Shown: one piece after another, positions 13,110 to 26,115 of the stretch
Layout of the letters: each line of letters opens with the position of its first letter
How positions within the stretch are numbered: position 1 is the first letter of the stretch
Assembly (NCBI GenBank): GCA_048213135.1
Contig: PS015219.1
Coordinates: 84,225-148,224 of the forward strand
Direction: 5' to 3'
Origin: Reclinomonas americana ATCC 50394
Taxonomy: Eukaryota
DNA length: 64,000 nt
Program-made: the position numbers and the translations under genes
Notes under the pieces: generated by a model
Seen by the model: only the letters and a program-made list of their open reading frames with translations
Told to the model about the DNA's origin: nothing
Database searches by the model: none

Positions 13110-16100
13110 ATGCGCGGGGGCGCGGCCTTTGTGTGTCTCCTGCTTGCCACACTGGCGCTGCTTGCGGCGAGGTCAGTCCACCAGCACACTCACCAGCACA
13201 CACACACACTCCACGCACAGACAGCGACAGTGTGTGACGTGTGCGACGCCACGTGGGCGATCTAAGAGAGAGAAAGAAATGAGAAAAAAACGACGCGTGC
13301 CACCACTCATTAACACTCACTCATTTGCACAGCAGCAGTGTGGCAGTCGTTGAAGCCGACAGCGATGCGGTGACTAGCGCAACACAACAACAGCCACCGC
13401 CGCCATCATTAGAGAAAGTGGAGCTTTCAGCAGTTATCGACAAGAATGATGATCCATCATTGTCGACATCATCGTCGTCGTCGTCGTTTGACGACGCTGA
13501 TGCCGATGGGCTGTTGCCATCGGCGCCTTCCTCGTCTGTAACCGACGTTGTTGTCGATGTCGTGGAGAGGGGAGAGGAGGAAGAGGAGAAGAAGACCAAG
13601 GACGACGGTAATCAGAGTGAACTTGAGGCGGTATGTGTGTGCGTCGTGCGTCTTGTGTGTCTGAGTGTGCGCTCATTGTCGTCATTGGCGTCGTAGGCGA
13701 GTGTGGAGGTGGAGAAAGAAGAGGTCTCTCGTGTGTTTATTGATTCGGCGTGTGTGTCTTTTTTTCTTTTGAGTATTGACGACGATTTGTGTAGGTGGTG
13801 GTGGTGGGAGGGACCGCTTCCAGCGCAATATGGGCGGTGGTTGATCCCGAGACGATTGTCATTGGTGGTAGTAGTAGTGGTAGTGGAAATAGTGGTAATG
13901 CGAGCGACGGTGGCGACGCTGTGGAGGGCGGTGCTCAGGGAACAACAGCAGCGGAATCCGAACATGGGTCCGAGGGCAGTGGTGCTGCGACGATCGACGA
14001 GGCGACTGGTGCGCCCAGTGGTGGAATCTCTACGCCAGTGTGTGTGCCAGGTGTGCGATTGGCGGTGGTGCGGGTGTCGGTTGGACTCTGCGGACTGACT
14101 CTCACACTCGTGGTTTCATTTGGCACAGACACGGACGGAGCGTGTCCGATGACCGACGCCGAAATCGTGGCCTCGTTGACCGACACAGCTGGCGACGCCG
14201 TGACGGCCGCCGGCAGTGCTCTGGGTAGCGCGAATGGAGAAACTCTCGCCGCCGAAATTGCGGCGCTTGTCGATGGGGAGAATAATGATGCGGAGGTTGC
14301 AGAGGGAGACAGCTCGTGGTTGAAGGAGTCGGCCGCTTCGTCTGCGCCTGTAGCGGACGCTTCGGCGGCGACTGCTGCCGCCGCTAGCAATGTCGCCCCA
14401 ACCGATGCTGCGGCTTCTGCCACCGGCGATGGTGCTCGTGAATCGTCGACGACCGCGGCCGCGGATGCAGGTGAAGGCGAGCCGAGCGATGCCAGCAGTG
14501 GCCCCGGGACACCGGAGGAGATTGACATTGCGAATGACACGCAAGACGGTCCCGGTGCGCCGAAGCTGTCGGCCGCCGAGATCCCTCTGCCACCCGTGCC
14601 GCCAAACGAGAACGAAACTCGGTGCGTGGTTTTTTGGAAAGGTTTTTGTGCTCCTCACGAAAAAACCCACTCATTCTCCACCTCCAGATTGTTCAACTAT
14701 GCAGCGTCGTCGGTGGGCGCCAAGGTCCTTCGTGCCAGCGCCGAGACCAAGGTCGGTTCTGTGCTCTCTCTCAGTGACATCGGGGAAAGTGTCGCTGGCA
14801 CTGACACACATCGTGCGCAGGGCGCCTCTAAAATCCTCAACGATGACCAAGACCAGTACATGCTGACGCCGTGCGATCTGCCAGACAAGCATGTGGACAT
14901 TGAGTTGTCGGAGGAGGTGATGCCGAGCGATGTGGAGATGGCGAACTTTGAGTACTTTTCGTCCTCGGTGCGACAGTTTCGCATACTCGGAAGCCAGCGG
15001 TGAGTACTGTGACTGTCGCGCCATGCCAGCCAGCTGATGCTGATTTCACGCGCGTCGCAGGTATCCGTGTGATCAAGCACGTGGATGCCAGTGGCACATC
15101 CTCGGCACGTTCGAGGCAGAGAACTCGCGCAATGTGCAGCGCTTCTCCGTGCCGCAAGCAACCTCGATTTGGGCCAGGTATGCGCGTGTGTGTGGACATT
15201 CTACTTTGCGATCTGTGGCACTCACGCGCGCACGCGTAGGTATATCCGACTCCAGTTGCTGTCACACTACGGCAAGGAGCATTACTGCACGCTGACGACG
15301 TTTCGTGTGTACGGCTGGAATCTGATCGAGGATCTCAAGTCCGACATCAGTCAGGACGCCACCCAGGCCGAGGTGCAGTGGCGCGCCGTTCGACCATGTT
15401 TTCTTTGAATACGTTGCTCATTTCGTATGTGTGTGTGCAACTGCGCAGCCGTCCATGTCGTCGGATCTCGATCCCATTATGGATGCCGCTGAGGCTCCGA
15501 GCGACATCAAGCGCATCTTGCAGCAGCTGGAGGAACTGCACACAGCGAATAGTGACATGCAGCATCTGGAGGGTGTGCTGAAGCTTGCCACGGAGGTTAC
15601 CGAGGCTGCCCCGGCCGCTGTCGCCGCCTCCACTGCAGTGGAGGAGGCAGAGCCTGTGGAAGAGGAGGTGGTGTTGCTGTCCACCGTGCCGACTGCCGTC
15701 GGTGTCGGAGCGCCTGTCCATGAGATCGCAGTCGTCGCCCCGGCTACTACAGCGACGACAGCCACGGCCACGGCCACCGCTACGGACTCTGCAACAGCCA
15801 CGCCGACTCCTACTGCTGCCCCTGCTGCTGAAGAGGTGAAGCCAGCGGTGACGACGACGACGACGACGGAAGCTCCAGCTGCTACGGACGCCGCTCCTGC
15901 CACACCGACCAGCGACGCACCAGCTTCGACTGACAGCGAGTCTGTGCCGCCGGCGACTGCTGTCGCTGCGGGAGCGGCACCGACTGTCGCGAAGCAATCA
16001 GCAAGTGAGACGACGGCGCCGACAGCCACGAAGCAACCAGCAAGTGAGACGACGGCGCCGACTGCCGTCAAGCAAGCAGCAAGCGAGACACCGGCGCCGA

Positions 16101-18447
16101 CGGCCGCGAAGCAACCAGCAAGTGAGACGACGGCGCCGACTGCCGTCAAGCAAGCAGCAAGCGAGACACCGGCGCCGTCGGCCACGAAGCAATCTGTAAG
16201 TGAGACGACGACGACGTCGACTCCTGTCAAGCAATCTGCAAGTGTGGCAAAGGAGGCCGCGTCCGCAGAAACCGCACACGCCACCGCCGCCGCTGCTGCC
16301 GCTGCTGCTGCTGCTGCTGTTGCCGTCGAAGACGGTGAGACCGCTGCGGAGACGACGACACCGGCCGAGGCTGTCGCGGAGTCAGCGGTGGAGACAGCGA
16401 CTGTCGCTGCCGAGAAGTCTACTGCGGACGCACCTGGAGAGTCGTCGGCGGCGGCGTCCTCTGCCGTCGAACCAGTTGCTTCAGAAGCCGACAACTCCAC
16501 TGCAGCGCCTGTCGCGTCGCCTGCGGCTGATAGCAGCAGTGCGCCATCAGCAGTCGACGACCTGACGGCGGAGGTTGTTGTTGTGCCACCATCCAGCATG
16601 ACGGAGAAGACTGCCACTTCCACTGGTCGCCGAAGTGCGGCTGCGGCCGATTCGCCGTCGGCTACTGCTGCCGCCGCGCGTGCAGATTCAGCGCCTCCGT
16701 CTATCGATGCTGCTAGCGTGGAGGAGACCCCTGCAGTGGCACCCGAGCCGCCATTGGTGACGGAGACAGTTGAGGCGACGGCACCTGTCGCCGTTCCTTC
16801 CGCTGCTCCCGCTGCGTCGGATTCCGATGCCAGCGAGGAACGCACGGAGGAAAAAGCGACCACCACCACAAGCACTGCCGCTACCGCTGCCGTGGTCGAC
16901 GAGTCTGCCGCAGCGGCAAAATCGGCAAGTGAGGAGGTGCATTCAGCGCAGGAGTCGACGGCAACCACAACAGATGCGACTGCATCCTCTGCCGAGGAGC
17001 CATCGAGCGCCGACACGCCGACGGCGGAGTCATCAACTGCTGCGCCGGAGGGTTCTCAAGCTGTGCCGACGGCGAGTGCTGAGACGACGACAAGTGAATC
17101 ACCGGCTACGCCCGTCGAGGCACCGCAGGAGGCAACGGTGGCCGCCACGACGACCGCAGCACCCGCCGCAACTCCAGCAGCCTCGCCCTCAGCGCCACCG
17201 GCACCGGAGAAGACGGCACAGTCAGCACCTTCATCATCTTCATCGCCGCCACCACCAGTCCCGCCGAGCCATGCGGCCGCCACCAACTCCACGTTGGTGC
17301 ATGTGGTGGTGCCGCCGATGTACCACCCCCCCATGGCGGTGGCCGCGAGCGCACTTGGCACTCCACCGGCACTCACGCAAGGCTTGCCGCCGCTGGCTCG
17401 AGTCCTCGCGAAGCCTCCCTCGAGCAAGGACGGCGTGTTCAAGATGCTCACCGCCCGAGGTACGTCCCTTCATACATCAGTAGTTTCACGTTGGAGTGTG
17501 TCTCACTCCTCCTCCCACCACCACGTGCAGTCAAGGCGCTGGAGACTCTCAGCGAGCACTACCTCAAGGCGCTGGTCGATCTCAACAAGGTCGTGCGCAG
17601 CTCGAGCCAGGCCAGCGTCGCTCGCGTGGTGGTCGACTTGACGAAGCGCATTCAGTCACAAGAGAACAAGCTGGACGACCAGAAGCGCAGCCTCTCCAAG
17701 TCACACGATGCACTGAAGTACCTTTCCCGCGTCCTGGATGCCTCGGAAGAGCGCTGGAAGCGTCGTGTGGAGGAGCTGCAAGTGCAGCAGCGCGTGTTTT
17801 TCGTGTGGACCATCCTGGCGTGTGTGGTCACGGCCGTGGCCGTCACACTCATCATCATGTTCCTCATGTCTTTTTCGTGGACGTTGCGTTGGTGATGCGT
17901 CACATGTCTTCGCTTTGCCACATCCTCTTTCTCTCACTCACGCACATGTGTGTTCCATGCGCGCAGTCGCCGCAGGCTGGGTGTACTGACCGATGTGTCG
18001 CCACCGACACCCATCGATCTCGACTGCCTGCCGCCTGGTACGCCAGTGGACCACATTCCACTACCGTCGCCGGGACACCGCAGCGTGATTCCACGATCGC
18101 CCAGCGCCGCAAGAAGTGCGTCTCTCTCTTTTTCTCTCCATCATTTCCCTGCTACTGACGGCATGTGCACAGTGCTGGCATACGCGCAGGACGAGTCGGC
18201 GAACGACGGCAGCAGCACGGGCGCCACCGACACGGGAACTCCCGCACCACTGCCCTCCACCCAATTACAAAAGCTGGGTCACATGTCGGAGACCACGTCT
18301 CCGCAGAACTCGCCGCGCGTTCGCTTCCCCGCATCGCCGGTCAACAACAACACGCTGCTGTCGCAGCTGGCGCAGCGACAAAAGGCTCAATTACTGACTG
18401 CCGGCTACGGCGCCAGTAGGCGGCGGCACAGCATGTCGACTTACTAG
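13110..18447 (+). CDS. Mid-SUN domain membrane protein (SLP1/SUCO-like) with signal peptide, Ala/Thr/Ser/Pro mucin-like region, coiled coil and TM helix
   Basis: SUN motifs RLFNYAASSVGAKVL, ILNDDQDQYMLTPC, IELSEEV..ANFEYFSSSVRQF and LLSHYGKEHYCTLTTFRVYG. Also DGVFKMLTARVKALE and the TM segment VFFVWTILACVVTAVAVTLIIMFLM. Confidence 0.88.
15992..16245 (+). repeat. Coding 39-nt tandem repeat (13 aa, KQxASETxAPTAx), about 6.5 units
   Basis: AAGCAA unit starts fall at 15992, 16031, 16070, 16109, 16148, 16187 and 16229. Confidence 0.9.
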
Positions 18448-18507
18448 CCCCCCTCTAAAACAAGACTCTGTTTTTTTGTGTGTACACTACTAATACAACA
18501 ACGCGAA

Positions 18508-20741
18508 TTAATATCTTTGGTAATCGGCGCCCTCGGGTGCCACTGGGTCGCCGACCTGTGTGCGTGGGGTGGGCACAGAGGCAAAGGAAGGGGGAATGGA
18601 AGGGGAAGGGGTTACGAAACGTAGAGTTGGGTAAAGTCGTCCAGGAGGTAGACGTTGCCTGGGGGAGAGGATGTGAGTGATGAGGGGAAAGAGGAGAAGT
18701 AGAGAGAGAGAGGGAGGGGGGGAGGGAGAGGGAGAAGAAGGGAGAAATTGAAGGGGGAGCCAGAAGAAGTGATTGTGGACGAGTTTCAGATGCAGGAGAG
18801 CAGAAAGGCAAGAGCGAGAGGAATATCGAGAGATGGAGAGGGAAGAGGGAAGAGAGAAGGAAGAAAAAAAGAGCGAAAGTGAAGAATGAACACAGAGTCA
18901 TGCTTGAGAGAGTCAGAGGTGGAAAGAGAGAGAGAGAGAGTGAAATGGAAGTGATCACTCTCGACATCTTCGCAGATTGAGAGTAAGCGTGACGAGAGAG
19001 AGAGAGAAAGAGAGCAGAAAGACAAGAAACAGAGAGAAGAAGGGAGAAAGAGAAAAGGAGCAAGAGTGACGAAAGTGAATCATGCACGGAGACAGTGGCG
19101 GAGAGAGAGAGAGAAAAAGTAGCAAATGAGCACTCTTGACAGAGCTGACAGAAAGTGTGACGAGAGAGAGAGAGAGAAAGAGAGAAGACATGATCCTCGA
19201 CAATACTCAGCATCAACCGCAAGTACGGGAGAAAGAGCTGAAAGGCAAACAGACAGGAAGTGAAGAAAGAGAGAAGCAACGGGAGGCAAAGAGAGTGATG
19301 CATGAACGTACAGGTATGTTTGAGAAAGAAACGGAAGTGATTCCTACATGACAGCTCCGTGCACGGTGCAAGTGGGAACAGTTCAGAGAAAGTGTGACAC
19401 GAGAGAGAGAGAGAGAGAGAAGACATTATCCGTGACAACCCTCTACCTCAGCCGTCGCTTGCATGCAGGTTAAAGGGGAGATATCCAGTGGAAAGAGAGA
19501 GAGCGCGCGTGTGTGTGTGTGTGAGAGAGAGAGCGTGTGTGTGTGTGTGTGAGACAGCGTGTGTGTGTGAGAGAGAGGAGGGAGAGATCGAAGCGTGCGA
19601 CGAGACACTACCTTTGACGTAGAGATCGTTGTAGACGGTGGTACAAAAGCCATTCGGGTTGGCAGGATTCGGATTGCTCCAGGTGTATCCCATGCCAGTG
19701 GTTGGCGGAGTGAACGTCGTCGGATACCACGACTTGTCGTCGGGAATGTTCTGCGTGCACTCGTGCAAGTGAGGATGCGGTGTTTCATCGCCCAGTGTCG
19801 TGCGCTTGACGCAACAAAGGCCAACACGTCCGAGTATGTGCTGGCGAGAACGCTTTGCACCTGCAGTAATGCTCCACGTCAGCACACAGATAAACACGCG
19901 ACGCGGCGGGCGACGCAACATAGATGTTCTTGTCGACGAGCACAAAGATGCCCTTGGAGACGACAAAGTCGCCGAGAATGTACAGGAACTCGGGCATGGT
20001 GGGGTCGTCGGCGAAGGGCGGGCCAGGTGCCCTTTACGAGGCAAGTGCGGGGAGTGAATGAGAGGCGAAGGCAAGGAGAAAGGGAGAGAGGGGAGAGGAG
20101 AGGGTGGGAGTGAGGAAGGGAGTGAGTGAGAGGCGTGTAATTAGAGGCGAATGATGGGAGGCACATTCTGTGGGCAAGGAGAGGAAGAGAGGAAGGGAGT
20201 GACTGAGAGGCGTGAAATGAGAGGCACATGTAGGCAAGGAGAGGAAGAGCGAGGGGAGAGGAAGGGAGAGGGAGAGGAAGCGAGAGGTTTGGAGAGGGGG
20301 AAGAGGAAAGGAGAGGAAGGGAGAGGAAAGGAGAGGAGGGGAGAGGAGGGGAGAGCGAGGGGAGAGGAAGAGGGGAAAGAGAGAGAGAGAAAGAGAGAGA
20401 GAGAGGGAGCGAGAAGAAGAACACAAAGGACGGGGGAGAACGGGAGACAGGAAGAGTGAGAAGGAGATGGTGAACGGGAGGCAGAGAGAACGATAGTACA
20501 AGAGCGAAGAAAGAGAGAGATAACAGGAGAGGGAAAAAAGAGAACAGCGATAATCACGGTACCTATCGGACACAGCATCGATCATCTCTCTCTCCCTCTC
20601 TCTCATCTCACACCCACCACACAACAATGCCCGGCAAAATGTTTGGGTCATTCACATCATAGACAGGCGGGCCATAACGATACACATTGCCGCCTTGCCA
20701 CAAGTCAGTGAGCGATCAAACACACACACATAAACACACAA

Positions 20742-20807
<66 letters not shown>

Positions 20808-20965
20808 CAACAACACACGTACGTTCTAGATGCACGTCTGCACAGCCNNNNNNNNNNNNNNNNNNNNCGTCAGTCTGCTGTACGGTCCGAACGGACGGAG
20901 TGTACGGTACGACGTAGACGACGACAACAACACACACAAACAACACAACAACACACACACACAAC

Positions 20966-21008
<43 letters not shown>

Positions 21009-21257
21009 ATACACACAAACCAACAACCAGGTTTCCTTGAATGCACGTCTGCACAGCGGTCTCCACGCGACCGGGAAAGCATTGCACCTGTGCGCACAAA
21101 GAGAGAGAGAGAGAGAGAGTGAGTCTCGCGTGTGTAAGTGCGTGTGTATCATTGACGAAACATCAGAGTATGGTGCACTGCCTGCCCACACGTTGCATGG
21201 ATCCGCTTGCACGACACACACAAGTGCGAGGATGATGATGAAAATGGCGCCGTGCAT
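18508..21257 (-). CDS. Orphan secreted protein of roughly 215 aa with repeated G[ND]xxV beta-type motifs
   Basis: Signal peptide MHGAIFIIILALVCVVQA. About nine exons join in frame through GT-AG introns and end VGDPVAPEGADYQRY-TAA. Confidence 0.65.
20717..21006. repeat. Intronic (CA)n/(CAA)n microsatellite tracts flanking a 15-nt exon candidate
   Basis: Long ACAC runs at about 20717-20820 and 20925-21006. Confidence 0.9.
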
Positions 21258-21430
21258 CTCTGTTCAGTGTGGAAGTTGGATGGAAGGCGTAAGAGCAGCA
21301 AGGAAGAACAAAACGCACCACACGCACGCAGTGCTTCCTCTGAGGAGGATAGGAGAGCAGATCGGAGAGCAAACTTCTGTCGTCCTGTGGTCCTCGCATC
21401 GTAGACCTGCTATGCGTTTCTCGCGCTGTC

Positions 21431-22572
21431 ATGGCCGTGTCGTGTGTCGGTGGGCAGTGTCCAGTCGAGTCCTCTGTGACGCGTTTGTTGCGTGTCATTG
21501 TAACTGCGTGTTTGATGTCTCTCGCTCATCCATCGCGCAGAGTTCTTGATATCGATCTTGAGGGTGAACAGAGGAAGCGTGAAGCGCTTGCCACGAGAGC
21601 GTCTGTGCTGGAGCGCGAGATGCAGGAGCTTGCGTGCGAGGTGCAGCAGCTGCAGTGTCATCATCAGGCACTCGCGAGCAATGTGGATCTTGTTGCGGAC
21701 TCGCTGGAGGCTCACGGGAGGGATGTGCATTGTTTCGAGTATCGTTTGGCGGCCAATGCGGAGGAGGTCGAGCGACTGAGGGGCGAGATGGAGGAGAACG
21801 AAGGGCGCATCCAGCGGCTGGAAACAGACTTCCGCGAGGCGCAACAGGAGCACGAGGTCGCGCAGTTGTGTTCTCGAATGTCGGAGCAGGAGGATGGACT
21901 GTCCGCGATGAGGAGACGAATCCAGGAGTGCGAGGTTTGCAGTTCCTGTGTATATATGCAACAGGATGTGCAGGGTGTGTGAGGTGACGTGAATGCGGGT
22001 CGCACAGGCTACGTTCGCTGCAGAGAAGCTGCGGTGTTTGGCGCTGGGCGAGACGAGAAGAAGGGAGGTGGAAGGCGTCCGCGATCGCCTCATTCTGCGC
22101 GAGTTGGCTCGCACTACGGAGCAGTTCATTCTCCGGCTGGTCCGTGAGCGGTTCGTGGAGGACATGAACGAGTTGGAGGAGGCGTGTGGCGAGTTTCGCA
22201 CGCTGTCGCAGCTACTCAGGGCACTTCGAGGGCAGACTGAAGGTGCGACACCACCATGTTTTGGTCTCGATTGTGTTTGCGCTCACAGTGATCGCAGCAG
22301 ATCCAGCAGTGCGGGCGTTCATTGGCGATGTGATTGGGTGGCGGCCGCGGCGAGGCGACTCGGTGATGGTTGTCAAGGATGCACTGGAGCGATTCAAGGA
22401 GCTGGGCGACGGGGGCTCGCACGGCTGTGTGGCGAAGGAGTTAATTGACTGGACGAGGGACGAGCTTGGTGAGCTGGCGATGCGATGCAGACTTGCGATT
22501 GGAGATGTTGGTGTTGCGGTGGTGGAGTTGTACTGGCGATTGTGCCGGACGAATTCGAAGGCGTCGGCGTGA
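21431..22572 (+). CDS. Orphan coiled-coil protein
   Basis: ORFs 21431-21982, 21993-22448 and 22186-22572 can be joined by GT-AG introns near 21935-22007 and 22243-22300. Heptad E/R/L content. Confidence 0.5.
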
Positions 22573-23097
22573 TTAACGATGAACTGTAAATGTGGCGAGG
22601 CGCTGTTTGCAGTCTGCAACAAGTTGCGTCCAGATCCGGCTTGCCGGATGTGCACTCGTAGCTTCTGTCCGCCGCGAGGAACAGAGACAGGCTGCCCTTA
22701 CGGCCGCTCTGACAACTTGCGACGAGACGACAGCCGGACGATGCCGTGTTTGTTGTGCGCATGCTGCGATTCTCGAGCTCGTCTGGCTTCGAATTCGAAC
22801 ACGTGCTATGCTCTCGCAATAGACGACCTTCCATGATCACGTCACTTCCAATGCACGCGCCTCCGCTCCTGGACTGATCATGAGTGTACGTACACCACTG
22901 CGAGAATATCATTCATCATCTTGTCTTGTCAATTGTCAGTCCAGGACTGGGTGTGTATGACAAGTCGCTGCGACGAGTCAGTCAGATTTTTTTCAGTCTG
23001 GAGCGAACAGTGTTATGTCGGACCGAGGTCGACATCAATATTTCAGGGGGTGTGGCAAACAACTTTATTACGCAGTGGGACTTATAAGCGAGATAGG

Positions 23098-24009
23098 ATG
23101 ATCTCACACACAAAAACTGTCGATCTCAACAGAAGGCATGGTGAACTCGCTCGGGATTGGCAGAGAGAAAGACACGGCGTCGTGGAACTGCGCTTCCAGG
23201 TTCGCGCTCTCGAGATGGAGAGAGCAGAGCTTGCCAGGCAGCTCCGTGTGACCATGGAACGTGTGGCCATGTTGACGGTTTGGGCGTGACGGCGAGCAGC
23301 ACAGTATCGTCTGTCTTACTTTGCCTGGACGCATGCACAGCAATCCAACACTGAGGTCGCACACCAGCTCGGAGCCGAGAGGGAGCGTGCGGCACATCTG
23401 GAATGGCGGCTGGCCACGAAGGAGGCAGTTCTGTCGGAGATGAACAATGCGTTGGCGCAGACGCAAGCCGAGTTGTCAGCAACGAAGGCAGTCTTGGCGA
23501 AAAAGAAGGAAGCCTTGGCCGGCGTAAAGAAACGCTGCCGGTCGCTTGAAACGCAGCTTGCCACGGAAAAAGGTCAAGCAAGCCAGTTGCAGCTGCACTA
23601 CGAGTCTGCGCGCCGCGACTACGACGAAGCTCAACGTTCATCCGAAGCGCGTGCGGAGGAGCTGGAGAGAAAGAGGGTGCTCGTGAGGGACATGGAACAA
23701 GCACTGGCGGACATGACAGCACGCAACCGCGATCTGGAGGCACAATTCGCGGTGGCACAGCGGCAATATGAAACAGCACAGAGGGACTACCACGTGGCGA
23801 AGGAAACTATCGGAAGCGTCAATCAGCAGCTCATGGATCTTGTGACTTCGATTCTGCGGGAAGACCGCGACCGGGACCGACGCGGGCCGGGAATGGGTGA
23901 CGAGGCATACCGGGACCGACTTGAGCGAGACCGACTTGAGCGGGCGCGCGCGGCAGACCGGGACAGACGAATGCCGGCTTCCGCGACGAACGAGGGTGTT
24001 CGAATGTAG
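23098..24009 (+). CDS. Orphan coiled-coil protein with an R/D-rich tail
   Basis: Exon MISHTKTVDL..AMLT joins through a GTTTGG..CACAG intron (about 23278-23340) to ORF 23440-24009. Confidence 0.55.
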
Positions 24010-24538
24010 AGTGTTGCCGTGCAGGAGCAGCAGTCTGTTGCCAATGCATCAGGCGCAGCGAAGAACTCATTCGTCTCTCTGAATACAATGAAGCTGGAGT
24101 TACCTTTGTTTGTACCTTCTCGTCTCAGGTCACATGCGCAGCATTACCACTGCCTGACGCTTCCTTGCTCATGGCCCGACGCAAGAGGTCTTCTCATCAT
24201 GCCTCCACTTGACCACAACGCACCCATCACATGCGCCAAAATGCAGTCGGATGCCGTTGCTGTATCGTTCTTGCATATCATGCCAAACACCTCATCGCAA
24301 AACGCTCGCTCCTCCTCAAGCACGCATGGACTGAGAGCCACCTACATGATGAGGATCACAAGTGATCATTTGCACAAACAAGATCGCTCTAGGTGAGAAC
24401 CACAATGCGCGGTTCCACAACAGTGCACGCCGAGTACACAGCGACACCAACATGCACAGCCATCGAGTAGAGTGAGAAAGGAAGTCAGATCGATCGGATA
24501 AACCATGGAAACCAACATCATCACCCCACCACCCAACC

Positions 24539-25897
24539 ATGAGCCAACTTTTGCACCTCGCCGACACGGCCTTTGCCTCGAACTTCCTGTCGATGATGAG
24601 CGACGACACGTACAGGTGAGCCGCGGAAAGAGAGCGACATGGTCGGATCAATCCACGACACACACACACACGCACACTCCCTCTTCCTCTCTCTCTCCCC
24701 TGGCGCACTGTCCTCTACACACACACTCGCTCTTCCCCCCTCCTCTCTTCCCACGCACTCCATCGCGAGAGAGACATCGATATCACAACCAAAACGACCA
24801 ACGACTCCATTCTTCCTCTTCTGCTCGTTGNNNNNNNNNNNNNNNNNNNNNNNNNNNNNNNNNNNNNNNNNNNNNNNNNNNNNNNNNNNNNNNNNNNNNN
24901 NNNNNNNNNNNNNNNNNNNNNNNNNNNNNNNNNNNNNNNNNNNNNNNNNNNNNNNNNNNNNNNNNNNNNNNNNNNNNNNNNNNNNNNNNNNNNNNNNNNN
25001 NNNNNNNNNNNNNNNNNNNNNNNNNNNNNNNNCCCTCTCTCTCCCTCTGTGCTCTTGTGTGTGCGCGTGGTACGACAGTGCCTGGAGTTCGTGTACGGTG
25101 GCGCCGTGGAGATCCGCTCTGCCGACGTGCTCGATCTGCTGTACACGGCGACGGAGTTGGGAGTGACGGCGCTGCGGCAACAGTGCCTCGAGCACGCCTT
25201 GCGAAACATCAACGACGACACGGTCAACTCGTACTTTGGCCTGTCGTTCATGATTGACGTGGCGCCGCTGCGACAGGCCTGCATCGAGTACATTAATCGC
25301 AACACGGAGCGCGTGATTGCTCACAAGGCACGTTGTTCGGTGTATCGTTGTTGTTTATTCCCCGGCGGTGCCCTGACTGTGCCGGTGGGCGCAGGACTTG
25401 GCACAGCTGCCGCCACAAGCCATGGACACACTGCTGCGACTGGATGCACTGACAGCAACAGAGGCGTCTCTGTTCCGCGGTCTGTTGGTGTGGGGCATCA
25501 CCAAGGCCCTGGAAAGATCGAGCACCATCGAGGCGTGTGTGTCGCAAATGCACGCATGTGCGTACTCGTGCTCTCTTTCTCTCTCTCCTCCCTCTTCTTA
25601 TTACCCCTGACTCATTCTCTTCTGCTTTCAGCCTCACCTGTGGACAAGGCGCGTGTGGCGGAGGCGATTTTGGACCATTTGAAGCTGCTGCAACTCGATC
25701 GATTCTCGTACCAGGAGGTGGAGGACACGCTGGAGGCCAGCGGAGTGGTGCCGCAGACCATGGTGCTCGAGGCGTACAAGCGTTGCGTTAGCCTCTCCAA
25801 CAGATGTTTCGTGCCCTTTTCACTCATTTTGGTTGGTGCAGTGCAAGCAAGAGAGACGGCCGGCCAGGTTGTACGCCGACGATGCCGCGGCATGTGA
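24539..25897 (+). CDS. BTB/POZ-BACK domain protein, partly in an N gap
   Basis: FLSMMSDDTYS, CLEFVYGGAVEI..DLLYTATELGVTALRQQC and a BACK-like LAQLPPQAMDTLLRLDALTATEASLFRGLLVW. Confidence 0.8.
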
Positions 25898-26115
25898 GTC
25901 GCCGGCGTCTTCACGCTTTTCTCTCCCTACCCTTTTTGTCATTTCGAGTGCACCGTCACTGACGGGTCTCGCGGAGTGCCACCCTGTACCATCTTGTCGT
26001 TTCTGTCCATCTCTTCTTTCGCAAGGGTGGAGGAACGTGTGTGTGTGTGTGTGATGTCCTCTGAGTGTATCATCAGCATTGTCACGGACGCCCTCTCTTT
26101 CTAGCGTGAGTTTAC

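Noticed and set aside
15418-17016. 532-aa antisense ORF
   Set aside because: It is the shadow frame of the GC-rich Ala/Thr/Ser mucin exon.
19785-19997. Apparent SWIM zinc finger (YLCADVEHYCRCKAF) in a minus-strand ORF
   Set aside because: Most of it is the translation of an intron (GTTGCG..GCTGAC..CTGCAG) and the rest is an off-frame reading of the next exon. There is no CxH completion.
18455-20651. Long Ser/Leu/Phe or Arg/Glu/Gly ORFs
   Set aside because: They are translations of purine/pyrimidine-skewed intronic low-complexity tracts.
24144-24470. Possible small minus-strand gene
   Set aside because: It is a short ORF with no motif and no convincing start exon.
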